A stretch of 64,000 bases of DNA from Nitrospirota bacterium (GTDB lineage Bacteria > Nitrospirota > JACRHJ01), in assembly GCA_021784575.1 (NCBI GenBank), contig JAJYHX010000001.1, positions 23,280 through 87,279 of the forward strand, in the 5' to 3' direction. The translations under genes and the position numbers were made by a program. Within the stretch, counting starts at the first letter, position 1; the number at the start of each line of letters is the position of its first letter. A model generated the notes under the pieces. It worked only from the letters and a program-made list of their open reading frames with translations. It had not been told where the DNA came from and did no database searches. This document shows, in pieces, positions 41,296-51,619 of this stretch.

Positions 41296-42372
41296 ATGCG
41301 TATTGCCCAGGTTTCGCCGCTTTACGAGAGCGTGCCGCCGAAGTTGTACGGGGGGACGGAGCGGGTCGTATCTTATCTTACGGAGGAACTGGTCAGGGAA
41401 GGACACGACGTAACCCTTTTCGCAAGCGGAGATTCCGTTACCAAGGCGAGGCTCGTCTCGCCTTGCCGGAAATCCCTGAGGCTTGACAAGTCCTGCAAGG
41501 ACTATATCTCTCACCACGTGCTGATGCTTGAGCAGGCGGCGGCCATGCAGGACGAGTTCGACATAATACATTTCCATATCGACTATATACACTATCCCAT
41601 AGTCCGGAGGAGCTCCGTGCCGATTGTCACAACCCTGCACGGAAGGCAGGACCTGCCGGATTTGAAGGCGCTCTACGACGAATTCGACGACGTGCCGCTC
41701 ATATCCATATCGAACTCCCAGCGAAGCCCTTTGCCGCATGTTAACTGGCAGGGCACGGTGCATCACGGCCTGCCGCTTTCGCTTTACTCCCACAGCGCCG
41801 GGCCGGGGAACTACCTTGCCTTCCTGGGCAGAATATCCCCCGAGAAGCGTCTCGACAGGGCGATAGAGATTGCCAGGCGCTCGGGTGTTCCGCTCCGCAT
41901 CGCGGCCAAGGTTGACAAGGCCGACGAGGATTACTTCCACAGGGAGATAAAGCCGAGGCTTAACCACCGGGACGTCATATTCCTTGGCGAGATAGGCGAG
42001 GACCAGAAGGAGCACTTCCTTGGGAACGCCCTGGCGCTTCTCTTTCCCATAGGCTGGCCGGAGCCGTTCGGACTTGTGATGATAGAGGCCTTCGCATGCG
42101 GCACGCCCGTAATCGCTTACCCGGAAGGTTCTGTCCCGGAGATAATCGACGAAGGCGTGACGGGGTTTGTATGCGGGGACATCGGCCAGGCGGTGGAGTC
42201 CGTGCGCAAGGCCTCGACCCTGGACAGGCTCGCGTGCAGGAGGCGCTTTGAGGAGCGTTTCTCCGCAGAGAGAATGGCGCAGGATTACCTGGGCATCTAC
42301 CGGCGGCTTGTCTTTGGCGCAATGCGCGGACGGCTCGCGGGCAGGCGCAGACCCTTAAGGGCGGCTTCATGA
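41296..42372 (+). CDS. Family 4 glycosyltransferase (GT4).
   Basis: 'GGTERVVSYLTEEL...GHDVTLF' and the E-X7-E region 'EPFGLVMIEAFACGTPVIAYPEGSVPEII'. Confidence 0.8.
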   Translation: MRIAQVSPLYESVPPKLYGGTERVVSYLTEELVREGHDVTLFASGDSVTKARLVSPCRKSLRLDKSCKDYISHHVLMLEQAAAMQDEFDIIHFHIDYIHYPIVRRSSVPIVTTLHGRQDLPDLKALYDEFDDVPLISISNSQRSPLPHVNWQGTVHHGLPLSLYSHSAGPGNYLAFLGRISPEKRLDRAIEIARRSGVPLRIAAKVDKADEDYFHREIKPRLNHRDVIFLGEIGEDQKEHFLGNALALLFPIGWPEPFGLVMIEAFACGTPVIAYPEGSVPEIIDEGVTGFVCGDIGQAVESVRKASTLDRLACRRRFEERFSAERMAQDYLGIYRRLVFGAMRGRLAGRRRPLRAAS

Positions 42373-44534
42373 AGGACCTTATCCGGGTCGGGGATCAGTT
42401 CTATGTGCTGGCCACCTCCGCCCTGGCGGACGACCGCACGCTTGTCCTGAAGGACGGGGAAACGTTCGCCGTATTCGACCGTTACGGCGACATATCTCCG
42501 CTTGGCCGCGGCGAGCAGGGCCTCTACCACGAAAGCACGCGTTTCCTGAGCCGCCTCGAGCTCCGTCTCGGGGCCTCCCGTCCGCTCCTGCTCGAATCCA
42601 CCGTGCACTCGGACAACAGCCAGCTCACGGCGGACATGACCAACCCCGACATCAACATAAACGAGGGGTTTATTCTGAAGCGAGGCATGATACACCTCTT
42701 CCGGCAGAAGTTCCTCCTGAAGGGGACGTGTTTCGAGCGTTTCCGGCTCTTAAACCACGGCATGGACGAGGTGGAGCTGCCTTTTATTCTCTATTTCGGC
42801 GCGGACTTCTCCGACCTCTTCGAGGTGCGCGGCATGAGGCGCGAGGGCCGGGGCGAAATATTCCCGCCGGAGGTGGACAACGGGAGCGTCCGCCTCGCGT
42901 ATTCCGGCGTGGACGGCGTTACAAGGACGCTGCGTGTCGAGCCGTCTTTCAGGCCGGAGGGACTGACCGGCTCGCAGCTCTCGCTTCAGGTAAGGCTTGC
43001 CCCGCAGGAGCAGACGGAGATGACGGTTGCGTATCGGTGCGAGACGGGCGGGCGGATTTTTCCGCGCACCACCTTCGGCCACGCCTTCAGGGAGGTCGAG
43101 GAGCAGGCGGCGGCGATGAAGTCCAGCTTCTGCGGCGTCGAGACGTCGAACGGGCAGTTCAACGACCTCCTGCGGCGCTCGGTTGCGGACATCCGGATGC
43201 TCATTACCGATACCCCGCACGGGCCGTATCCATACGCCGGCGTCCCGTGGTTTTCCACGGTATTCGGCAGGGACGGCATAATCACGGCCCTGGAATGCCT
43301 CTGGATAAACCCGCATATCGCCCGGGGGGTTCTGGGATACCTTGCCGATACGCAGTCCTGGACGGACGACCCGGACAGGGATGCGGAACCCGGCAAGATA
43401 CTCCACGAAACGCGGATTGGCGAGATGGCCGCGTCGGGCGAGATACCCTTCGGCAGGTATTACGGGAGCGTGGATTCGACCCCGCTGTTTGTCATGCTGG
43501 CCGGGGCCTGCTGCCAGCGCACCGGGGACAGGGATTTCATATCGGGTATATGGCCGAATATCGAGCGGGCGCTTGAGTGGATGGATTCCTGCGGCGACAG
43601 GGACGGCGACGGGTTTGTCGAATATCTTCAGCGCTCGAAGCAGGGGCTTTCAAACCAGGGCTGGAAGGACTCCACGGACAGCGTAATGCATTCGGACGGG
43701 AAAAAGGCCGAAGGGCCGATTGCGCTCTGCGAGGTGCAGGGATATGTCTACGCAGCGAAACGCGCGGCGGCGGAGATTGCGTCGCTCCTTGGTTTTGCTT
43801 CCCGCGCGGAGCTTCTCCGGAGGCAGGCAAAGGCCCTGAAGCGCCGTTTCGCAAAGAGCTTCTGGGTGCCGGGTTTGAATACCTATGCGATTGCCCTGGA
43901 CGGCAAAAAGAACCAGTGCCGGGTGAAATCCTCCAACGCCGGACACTGCCTGTATTCGAAAATTGCGGAGCCGGAACACGCAAAAAAGATAGTGGAAGGG
44001 ATGCTTTCCGACGATATGTTCACCGGCTGGGGCATACGGACTCTCTCGTCTTCCGAGACGCGCTATAACCCGATGTCCTATCACAACGGCTCAATCTGGC
44101 CGCACGACAACGCCATAGCGGGCGCGGGGTTTGCTTATTACGGTTTCAGGGAGCAGGCGGCGGCGGCGCTTTCGAGCCTGTTTGAGGTCAGCCGGTTTAC
44201 GGAGCTTTCCCGCCTGCCGGAGCTATTCTGCGGGTTTCACAAAAGGCCCGGCCAGGGGCCTGTGCGTTATCCGGTCGCCTGTTCGCCCCAGGCATGGGCC
44301 GCAGGGGCCGTATTTCTGCTCCTTCAGGCCTGCCTCGGCATGACAATAGACGCCCAGAGGGAGCGTATCCGGTTTGAAAACCCGTTCCTCCCGCAGTGGA
44401 TAGAGAATATGCGGGTGAGCGGCCTGAAGGTCGGCTCAGGCGCGCTCGATTTGATGTTCGTCAGGCGCGGCATGGATGTCTCGGTTGACGTAATCTCCCG
44501 CAAAAGCCCGGTGGAAGTCGTCGTGGTGAAATAG
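42369..44534 (+). CDS. Amylo-alpha-1,6-glucosidase / glycogen-debranching-enzyme-like (alpha/alpha)6-barrel glycoside hydrolase (GDE_N_bis plus GDE_C type).
   Basis: About 720 aa. 'GVPWFSTVFGRDGIITAL', 'LSNQGWKDSTDSVMHSDG', 'YHNGSIWPHDNA'. The start overlaps the GT4 stop as ATGA. Confidence 0.65.
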   Translation: MKDLIRVGDQFYVLATSALADDRTLVLKDGETFAVFDRYGDISPLGRGEQGLYHESTRFLSRLELRLGASRPLLLESTVHSDNSQLTADMTNPDININEGFILKRGMIHLFRQKFLLKGTCFERFRLLNHGMDEVELPFILYFGADFSDLFEVRGMRREGRGEIFPPEVDNGSVRLAYSGVDGVTRTLRVEPSFRPEGLTGSQLSLQVRLAPQEQTEMTVAYRCETGGRIFPRTTFGHAFREVEEQAAAMKSSFCGVETSNGQFNDLLRRSVADIRMLITDTPHGPYPYAGVPWFSTVFGRDGIITALECLWINPHIARGVLGYLADTQSWTDDPDRDAEPGKILHETRIGEMAASGEIPFGRYYGSVDSTPLFVMLAGACCQRTGDRDFISGIWPNIERALEWMDSCGDRDGDGFVEYLQRSKQGLSNQGWKDSTDSVMHSDGKKAEGPIALCEVQGYVYAAKRAAAEIASLLGFASRAELLRRQAKALKRRFAKSFWVPGLNTYAIALDGKKNQCRVKSSNAGHCLYSKIAEPEHAKKIVEGMLSDDMFTGWGIRTLSSSETRYNPMSYHNGSIWPHDNAIAGAGFAYYGFREQAAAALSSLFEVSRFTELSRLPELFCGFHKRPGQGPVRYPVACSPQAWAAGAVFLLLQACLGMTIDAQRERIRFENPFLPQWIENMRVSGLKVGSGALDLMFVRRGMDVSVDVISRKSPVEVVVVK

Positions 44535-44682
44535 GCTGCATAGGCGTTTTTTTCGGCGAGGACGATTTTATACTTGACAACCACGGTTATTTTAATTATC
44601 TTTCTTTTATGACTAAGTTGTCCGGGTTTGTCGTTCTCGCGCCAATATGGTAACCTGAATTACCGGGAAGGGAGGAAAGATC

Positions 44683-45669
44683 ATGGAATTATCCGTAGCC
44701 GGGGGGAGGACAATGGGGATTTATGCCGACAACGCGCTTACAATTGGCAATACTCCGCTCGTGGAGCTGAACAGGATAGTATCCGGCTGCAAGGCGAGGA
44801 TACTCGGCAAGATTGAGGCCCGAAACCCGTCCTTTTCGGTCAAGTGCCGCATCGGGGCGGCCATGATATGGGACGCCGAGGAGCGCGGGATATTGAAGCC
44901 GGGCGTCGAGATACTCGAGCCTACATCCGGCAATACCGGCATCGCGCTGGCGTTTGTCGCCGCCGTGCGGGGCTATAAGCTGAGCCTGATGATGCCCGAG
45001 ACGATGAGCGTCGAGAGGCGGCGTGTGCTGGCGGCATTCGGCGCGAACCTTATACTTACCCCCGGCGCGGAGGGCATGTCCGGCGCCGTGCGGCGGGCCG
45101 AGGAGATGGCGGAGAGCGATCCTGTGCGGTGGTTTCTGCCCCATCAGTTCAAGAACCCGGCGAACCCCGCAATCCACGAGAGGACGACAGGCCCCGAGAT
45201 ATGGGAAGATACCGGGGGCGCGGTGGATGTTTTGGTGTCCGGAGTGGGGACGGGCGGCACGATTACGGGGGTATCGAGGTATATAAAAGGCGCGAAAGGG
45301 AAAAAGATTCTCTCCGTCGCCGTTGAGCCTGCGGCCAGCCAGGTGATAACACAGAAGCTCTCCGGGCGGGAGCTTAAGCCCGGCCCGCACAAGATACAGG
45401 GAATAGGCGCGGGGTTTATCCCGGAGACGCTCGACTTAAGCGTCGTGGACAGGGTGGAGACGGTCGAGGACGCCGAGGCTGTCGAATACGCCAGGAGGCT
45501 GATGAAGCAGGAAGGGATACTGTGCGGCATATCCTCCGGCGCGGCTGCGGCTGTCGCGGTGCGGCTTGGCCGGATGGACGAGTTCGAGGGCAGGACGATT
45601 GTCGCGGTGCTCCCGGACGCCGGGGAGCGGTATTTATCGACGATGCTCTTCGAGGGAATGGGAGCATAG
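44683..45669 (+). CDS. cysK: Cysteine synthase A (O-acetylserine sulfhydrylase).
   Basis: '[10 protein letters not shown]', the PLP-lysine region '[20 protein letters not shown]', and '[10 protein letters not shown]'. Alternative start at 44713. Confidence 0.9.
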   Translation: MELSVAGGRTMGIYADNALTIGNTPLVELNRIVSGCKARILGKIEARNPSFSVKCRIGAAMIWDAEERGILKPGVEILEPTSGNTGIALAFVAAVRGYKLSLMMPETMSVERRRVLAAFGANLILTPGAEGMSGAVRRAEEMAESDPVRWFLPHQFKNPANPAIHERTTGPEIWEDTGGAVDVLVSGVGTGGTITGVSRYIKGAKGKKILSVAVEPAASQVITQKLSGRELKPGPHKIQGIGAGFIPETLDLSVVDRVETVEDAEAVEYARRLMKQEGILCGISSGAAAAVAVRLGRMDEFEGRTIVAVLPDAGERYLSTMLFEGMGA

Positions 45670-45676
45670 AGGAGGC

Positions 45677-45717
45677 AAAAACAAAGGGCCGACACATGTG
45701 TCGGCCCTTGTTTTTAT
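45677..45717. terminator. Bidirectional rho-independent terminator between convergent cysK and the cytochrome operon.
   Basis: Perfect palindrome GGGCCGACACATGTGTCGGCCC (45686-45707), flanked by AAAAACAAA upstream and TTGTTTTTAT downstream. Confidence 0.6.
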
Positions 45718-45823
45718 CGCCCCGGCCGCCCAGCCTCGCCGCCCAACGTTGGACGTGATACGACGGGTCGCCGTGCTGCTCCGCCTGCAATAAACTAATG
45801 TCGCCGGTTACCCGGCCCCCCGC

Positions 45824-47122
45824 CTACCTGTTCTTGACAGGATTGACCCTGTCGAAGCCCCTCGGCACATGGCAGCCGACCACGCAGTGGCCGCCGTTCT
45901 TCGTCTCCGTGAAGTGTATCGGATAGCTGAGCTTGCCGAACGGAACACGCTCGCGGATATGGAACGGCTGTTTGCCGGCATGAACTTCGTGGCAGGCGCG
46001 GCATGTGCGGCCCTTGGGGCTTCTGTTGACATGCACGTAGTGCAGGTTCACGTCGCCGTTCCTGAAGCCCGTGAGGGTGGTGGTGAACTGCTCCACCGCA
46101 AGGTCTTTGTTGTGGCATTTGAAGCAGAGGCCGTACTTGGCCGTCGAGTAGGAGGTGTAGAAGTCCCTCGGGAACCGGCCGCGAAGGATCCTGAAGTGGT
46201 TGGAGCCGTGCGGGTTATGACAGGCGGTGCAGTCCCCTTTCCTGACCGGCCCGTGCTTGTCGGGGTTGGCATCCAGCCACGCCTTCATGTTTATGAGGTT
46301 GCCGAGCTGCTTGTCGTGGCACATCAGGCAGAGGTCCGCCCCGCCCTTCTTCAGGAGCGGTTCGAAGTTCGAGCCGTGCGGGTCGTGGCAGTTCACGCAT
46401 GACCACTTCATCTCGATAGGCTTGTGCTGCACCTTCACCTTGCTTATGTATTCCTTCTTGTCCTTGTGGCACTTGAAGCACAAATCCGGCGGCGGCAGCA
46501 GGAGCTGGTATTTGTACGGCGAGCCGTGCGGGCTGTGGCAGTTCGTGCAACGGTCGGCCACGGGAGGGTGAATCTCCTTTACCTTCGCCAGTTCGGCTTT
46601 CTTGTCCACGTGGCATGTAAAGCAAAGCGCGTTTCCCGCGGCGATGAGCTGGTACTTGTTCGGGGACGTATGCGGGTCGTGGCAGGCGATGCATTCGCCC
46701 GCAGCCGCCGGGCCGTGGACGTATTTCTGCTTTATCTTGTTGTCGTCGTGGCACTGGAAGCAGAGGTCGGAGCCTTCCGCCCGGAGCTGAAACTTGAAGG
46801 GAGAGCTGTGCGGACTGTGGCAGGCCGTGCAGTCCCCCGAAGCGACCGGCCCGTGCACGTGCGCCATCGTGTTTTTCTTGCTGTGGCACTGGTAACAGAG
46901 GTCGGCGCCCTTGGCGACCAGGCTGAACTTGTGTTTCTTGCCCTTGATTGCCGTATGGCAGTCCTCGCACTCGAACGCGGCGGTAGGGCCGTGCACGAAC
47001 TTGTTCGCTATGATTTTTGCGTGACAATTCGCCGCAACACAGCTCTGGTCGGCATGCGCCGCGTATGCCATCCCGAAAAACATTGCGGCGGACAGGGCAA
47101 GGACGGCCAGTTTTCCCTTCAT
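45824..47122 (-). CDS. Secreted multiheme c-type cytochrome (13 CXXCH, plus one CX3CH and one CX4CH candidate).
   Basis: Signal peptide 'MKGKLAVLALSAAMFFGMAYAAHA' and repeated 'HGP.....C..CH' modules (CEDCH, CYQCH, CTACH, CFQCH, CIACH, CFTCH, CTNCH, CFKCH, CVNCH, CLMCH, CTACH, CFKCH, CRACH, CVVGCH, CVAANCH). Confidence 0.85.
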   Translation of the reverse strand: MKGKLAVLALSAAMFFGMAYAAHADQSCVAANCHAKIIANKFVHGPTAAFECEDCHTAIKGKKHKFSLVAKGADLCYQCHSKKNTMAHVHGPVASGDCTACHSPHSSPFKFQLRAEGSDLCFQCHDDNKIKQKYVHGPAAAGECIACHDPHTSPNKYQLIAAGNALCFTCHVDKKAELAKVKEIHPPVADRCTNCHSPHGSPYKYQLLLPPPDLCFKCHKDKKEYISKVKVQHKPIEMKWSCVNCHDPHGSNFEPLLKKGGADLCLMCHDKQLGNLINMKAWLDANPDKHGPVRKGDCTACHNPHGSNHFRILRGRFPRDFYTSYSTAKYGLCFKCHNKDLAVEQFTTTLTGFRNGDVNLHYVHVNRSPKGRTCRACHEVHAGKQPFHIRERVPFGKLSYPIHFTETKNGGHCVVGCHVPRGFDRVNPVKNR

Positions 47123-47193
47123 TTTGATACCCCCTTTTTAACCAAAGGAAAAGCCCGGAAACAAGACTCGGGCCAAAGGCATTGTAAAGTAAA

Positions 47194-48393
47194 TTATTTC
47201 TCGCTGGCCACCTGATGGCCTGCGGATTTCCTGGAGCCTGCGTCGAGGATCCAGCACACTCCGACATACGCGGCGAAAAAGGCCGCAAATATCAAAAGGA
47301 ACGGTATCGCGGTCTTGTCTATCTGTCCGCCCGTCGAGCCGTAGGAGTGGAGCCCGGACAGGAGGAGATTGACGCCCAGGTATGTAAATATGACGGAGAA
47401 GAACCCGAAGACAGACAGCACGGAGGCCCGTCTGCCGCGCCAGCCGAGGGTAAGGCGGGCGTGAAGGTACGCGGCATAGACAAGCCACGTGATGAGAGAC
47501 CATGTCTCCTTCGGGTCCCAGCCCCAGTAAGTGCCCCACGCCTTGTTGGCCCATACCGCTCCGGTAATTATGCCCACCGTAAGAAGCGGGAAACCCATCG
47601 CGACCGTCTTGTAGCCTACTTCGTCGAGCAGGTCCGAGGAGGTCTGGAACTTGCCGAGCGCGGACTTCAGCCTTATGCCGAACATGTAAATCAAAAAGAG
47701 TATAACGGCGTATCCCGCCCAGCTTAAGGCCTGCACGCCGGCAGAGGGGTTCCTGAACGTGGCTTCGAGCATGTGTTTCCCCTGTATGTCGGGGAGGGTT
47801 GCCCAGTCCGCGGCGATGGCCAGGACTATTACCGAGAGCGCGCCCAGACATGCCGTCCAGAAGCCGTAAAACGAGTCCTTTCTCTGCGTGTTGATTATAA
47901 GATACATCAAACTCACGCCGAAGGAAACCGCGAACGCCGCGTAGCCCAGGAAGGAGGTAAGGACGTGGATGTAGAGCCAGTAGCTCTTCAGGGCCGGGAC
48001 GAGCGGCTCGATGTCCTTCGAGACGTCCGGCGCGACGAATATGTATGTCATGGCCAGAAACGTCACCGGCATGACAAAGGCGCCGAATGTCCTGTTTTTA
48101 TAGCGCCATTCGACGATTATGTATATGAGGACGATTGTCCAGGCCCCCAGCGACATGGACTCGAATAGGTTCGTGATGGGGACGTGGCCTATGCCCGCGC
48201 CCATCTGGTAGGACTCCCACCACCTCGTGCCGATGGATGCGGTGTGGCACAGGAAGCCGAGGTAGGTTATCCCGGAGGCGATCTTGCCCACCGCCTGGTT
48301 CCGGAATGCCAGGTAGCCAAGATAGAATACCATTGCGAAGAGGTAGGTCAGGGTCGCAATCTTGAAAAAAGTGATATTCAGTTCGTAATTCAT
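47194..48393 (-). CDS. ccsA: Cytochrome c biogenesis protein CcsA/ResC (system II haem-handling protein with a WWD domain).
   Basis: 'AWGTYWGWDPKETWSLITWLVY' tryptophan-rich WWD motif, and a polytopic membrane protein. Confidence 0.8.
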   Translation of the reverse strand: MNYELNITFFKIATLTYLFAMVFYLGYLAFRNQAVGKIASGITYLGFLCHTASIGTRWWESYQMGAGIGHVPITNLFESMSLGAWTIVLIYIIVEWRYKNRTFGAFVMPVTFLAMTYIFVAPDVSKDIEPLVPALKSYWLYIHVLTSFLGYAAFAVSFGVSLMYLIINTQRKDSFYGFWTACLGALSVIVLAIAADWATLPDIQGKHMLEATFRNPSAGVQALSWAGYAVILFLIYMFGIRLKSALGKFQTSSDLLDEVGYKTVAMGFPLLTVGIITGAVWANKAWGTYWGWDPKETWSLITWLVYAAYLHARLTLGWRGRRASVLSVFGFFSVIFTYLGVNLLLSGLHSYGSTGGQIDKTAIPFLLIFAAFFAAYVGVCWILDAGSRKSAGHQVASEK

Positions 48394-48439
48394 TTTAATG
48401 CTCCTTAAGACTTCTCACAATAAAATGACGCCCCGTATC

Positions 48440-49936
48440 CTATTGCCTGGTTTCCAGCTTGTCGATAAGCCGCCCGAACTCGGCCTCGAATACGCTCCGG
48501 TTCTTGTTTATGCTCCCGGCGGCGGTCAGGATAACCTGGCCCTTGTCGGACCGGACAATGCGTATCCATACCCTTTTGTGGAATATGAAGAAGGCTATCA
48601 GTATGCCGAGGACGAGCATGGTGCAGCCAAGCCAGACGATGGAGACGCCGGGGTCGTGCGTGACCTGAAGCCCCGTGTAGTACGGGCCGTTATAGCCTGT
48701 TATGCTGAAGGTGAAGGGCACGTTTTTCGGCTGGGACTGCGGCTCCTGGCTGAGTATCATCGCCTGCTCGATGGGCTTTCCGCCCGGGGCGGAAAAGTTG
48801 AGCAGCGCGGCGGCGTTGCCCCTGAACTGGTCGCTTCGGCCCACGACCTGGTTGTTCGGCCCTATCGCCACATCCGGCGAGAAATCCGAGAGGGTCATGG
48901 TTATGTTGCTGCCTTCAAGGGTGGTTGTTTCGCCTCTTTTCAGGGTATAGTCGTGGACGTTGAAAACAGGCCCTGTCGCTATCGCGCGGATTGTCATGGA
49001 GGCCTCGGAAGGCGATATGCCGTAGGAGGATTGGAAGAACCGGATTCCCTTGTATTCCAGCGGGTCGTTTACCCGGATGGTCTTCGTAAGGACGTTATTG
49101 CCGTGGTCGATGATTGTCAGGGTGCTTAAGTAGGCCGAAGGCATCTCGGTGCCCTGGTATAGCTTCAGCGTGAACTTGTCGCACCGCACCTGAAACGGGA
49201 GCGGCATTTCGGAGCCGACGTGCATGAGGAGCGGCTTGCCGGTAAGCCCTATCTTGTCGATTGTATTGCCCTCGGTAATCTGGGCATAGCCCTTGTATCC
49301 CCAGAAAGAGCCGATAAGCGCGCCGGCGAATATTATAAGAACGCTTATGTGCGCGACGTAGACGCCCAGGCGCGAGAACTTGCCCTTCTCCGCGAAATAC
49401 TGTATCTCGCCGTCAGCCCTGTATTCGTTCGGAGAATAGCCCATGGACTTCATGGCGGCTGCGGCTTTCAGGGCCGCGGCGTCCATATCGCCCTTTATCT
49501 TTATCTCCTTTCGGAGCGCCATGTTTTTGATTGTGGCGTCCGTCAAGGGCTCCTGTTTTTTCATTACCATGTGGATGACGCGCGGGAGCCTCTCGATGGT
49601 GCAGATGATGATGTTCAGGGAAAGCATCAGGAGGAGAAAAACAAACCACGGGGAGTGGTACATGTCGGTCAGCTTCAGGGCTACCATGAGCTTGAGGGCC
49701 GCAGGGGCGCCTGACTGCCCGAAGATGCTCGTCAGCATGTCCATGTTCTTCATGGGATCGTCCTGCGCGACGATTGTGCCGATGATGGATACCAGTGCGA
49801 GGATTATAAGGAGAACAACGGTAAGCTTAAGCGAACTGAAGAAATGCCATACGGATTTAAAGGGCCCTCCATCGGCCTTGGCCGCCTGATGCCGGTCGAT
49901 AGGCGCTTTTGTCCCGGCGTCCTTTTGCTCTTCCAA
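48440..49936 (-). CDS. ccsB: Cytochrome c biogenesis protein ResB/Ccs1 (CcsB).
   Basis: N-terminal TM 'LKLTVVLLIILALVSIIG', a large soluble domain, a C-terminal TM, and the position upstream of ccsA. Confidence 0.7.
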   Translation of the reverse strand: MEEQKDAGTKAPIDRHQAAKADGGPFKSVWHFFSSLKLTVVLLIILALVSIIGTIVAQDDPMKNMDMLTSIFGQSGAPAALKLMVALKLTDMYHSPWFVFLLLMLSLNIIICTIERLPRVIHMVMKKQEPLTDATIKNMALRKEIKIKGDMDAAALKAAAAMKSMGYSPNEYRADGEIQYFAEKGKFSRLGVYVAHISVLIIFAGALIGSFWGYKGYAQITEGNTIDKIGLTGKPLLMHVGSEMPLPFQVRCDKFTLKLYQGTEMPSAYLSTLTIIDHGNNVLTKTIRVNDPLEYKGIRFFQSSYGISPSEASMTIRAIATGPVFNVHDYTLKRGETTTLEGSNITMTLSDFSPDVAIGPNNQVVGRSDQFRGNAAALLNFSAPGGKPIEQAMILSQEPQSQPKNVPFTFSITGYNGPYYTGLQVTHDPGVSIVWLGCTMLVLGILIAFFIFHKRVWIRIVRSDKGQVILTAAGSINKNRSVFEAEFGRLIDKLETRQ

Positions 49937-50059
49937 TTATGCTACCTCTTTATGTTTCCGATTTTAAAATTCCCCCTTAAAGCGAAAGGGATAAACCAAG
50001 AATTTATAGCATTTATGCGGAGTTTGTGTCAAGATAATAATACTTGGGAATAACCCGCT

Positions 50060-50689
50060 TTAAATCTCCGGAAAAACCCGCCTTATCGCATCCTTCGAGA
50101 GCGCCCCTTCCCGGACGATACGCGGCGGAGATACCGTCGTGTCGAGGATTGTCGAGACCGGAGGCCCCGGAGTTACTCCGCCGTCCAACACCATGAAAAT
50201 ATTAGGAAACCAGGCTGCGACCCCTTCCGGATCCGTAAGTCCGGGGAGGCCGGAAATATTTGCGGAAGTGGCGGTTACGGCCCCGCCGAAAGCGAGCGCC
50301 AGCCGGGACGCAACCCCTGGTAAAGGCACGCGAATCGCGATTTTTCCCGTGCCCGCCGTAAGCGCGGAAGGGGCCTCCCCGGAGGCATGAAATATCAGCG
50401 TGACAGGCCCCGGGAACAGCTCTTTTACGGCCTTTCCCGCCCCTTCGGAAATCCCGGCGGCAAACCTCCCGATTAAGCCCGTGTCGCCTACAATTACCGG
50501 CAGGGGCTTCCCCGGATCCCGTTTTTTCGCCGCGAAGACCGCCCGGACGGCGTCCTCGTTCATCGCGTCCGCGCCGATGGCGTAGAAAGACTCGGCGGGA
50601 TACGCCACCAGCTTCCCTTCGCGCAAGGCGCGGGCGGCCTCCAGTGTCGCTTTTTCCGGGTCTTCTTTTTTCAGGTCGATGATGCGCAT
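50060..50689 (-). CDS. tsaC: L-threonylcarbamoyladenylate synthase (YrdC/TsaC family).
   Basis: 'GKLVAYPAESFYAIGADA', 'KKRDPGKPLPVIV', 'PGPVTLI'. Confidence 0.8.
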   Translation of the reverse strand: MRIIDLKKEDPEKATLEAARALREGKLVAYPAESFYAIGADAMNEDAVRAVFAAKKRDPGKPLPVIVGDTGLIGRFAAGISEGAGKAVKELFPGPVTLIFHASGEAPSALTAGTGKIAIRVPLPGVASRLALAFGGAVTATSANISGLPGLTDPEGVAAWFPNIFMVLDGGVTPGPPVSTILDTTVSPPRIVREGALSKDAIRRVFPEI

Positions 50690-50690
50690 G

Positions 50691-51614
50691 TTATTGGTTC
50701 AGAAGCCCGCATATATTGCTCCCGCTTCTCTGGAAGCGGCAGTGCGGGCAGTCGTAGTCGCACGGCTCCGGATGTATGGTCACGTCCGTGCCCGGGAGCT
50801 CCTTATCAAGCTCGGACTCAATCGCCGTGCATATTTCGTGCGCCTGGGACAGGAGTATGTCTCCCGGCATCACGAGGTGCAGGTCGATAAACCTCCTGGG
50901 GCCGCTCTTCCTGGCCCGGAGGCCGTGGTACCCCACGAACTGCCCCCCGTGCCGCGCGATGGCGTCCCGGATTTTCCCGACCTCTCTGTCCGGGAGCGAG
51001 ACATCGACGAGGTTCGAGAAGGCATCCTTCGTAATCTCCCAGCCGGCCTTCAATATAAAGGCCGCGACGACGAGCGCAAGGATGGGGTCGAATATCGCCA
51101 TGCCGGTCGCTTTTATGAGCAGGATGCCGCCCAGGACGCCGGCGGAGGTAAAGACGTCGGTGCGCAGGTGCCAGCCGTCCGCGGCCAGGGCTGGGGAGCC
51201 GGTCTCGTCCGCCACCCTGAAGAGCTTGCGGGAGACGAGCCAGTTTGTGGCTGCGGAGAGCGCCATCACGCCCGCGCCCCAGGAGAGCCTCTCCACGGCG
51301 TGCCCGCCGAAGAGGAGCTTCGGCATGGCCTCCTTCACGATTACGGCGGCCCCGGCTATTATCAAAAGCCCTTCGATTACCGACGCCGCGTTCTCGAACT
51401 TCCCGTGGCCGTAGAGGTGTTTTCTGTCGGGCGCTTTCGCGGCTATGCGGACGGACAGGAACGTGATTACCGAGGCGGCCAGGTCTACCGCCGAGTGCAG
51501 GCCCTCGGCCAGGACGCTGACGGAGCCGGAGGCAAGGCCGACGGCGACTTTCAGGCAGACCAAAAGCGCGTTTGAAACGATGGACAGCCTTGCCCACCGG
51601 ACGCTTGAATCCAT
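50691..51614 (-). CDS. Cation diffusion facilitator family transporter (CzcD/FieF-like).
   Basis: 'VAVGLASGSVSVLAEGLHSAVDLAASV', 'HLRTDVFTSAGVLGGILL', and a C-terminal cytoplasmic domain. Confidence 0.85.
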   Translation of the reverse strand: MDSSVRWARLSIVSNALLVCLKVAVGLASGSVSVLAEGLHSAVDLAASVITFLSVRIAAKAPDRKHLYGHGKFENAASVIEGLLIIAGAAVIVKEAMPKLLFGGHAVERLSWGAGVMALSAATNWLVSRKLFRVADETGSPALAADGWHLRTDVFTSAGVLGGILLIKATGMAIFDPILALVVAAFILKAGWEITKDAFSNLVDVSLPDREVGKIRDAIARHGGQFVGYHGLRARKSGPRRFIDLHLVMPGDILLSQAHEICTAIESELDKELPGTDVTIHPEPCDYDCPHCRFQRSGSNICGLLNQ

Positions 51615-51619
51615 AGGGT

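Noticed and set aside
46215-47288. 357-aa minus-strand ORF and other long frames overlapping the multiheme cytochrome and ccsA genes.
   Set aside because: It is an alternative frame of real genes with an extreme Arg/Pro/Gly composition, and the CXXCH-bearing frame is clearly the coding one.
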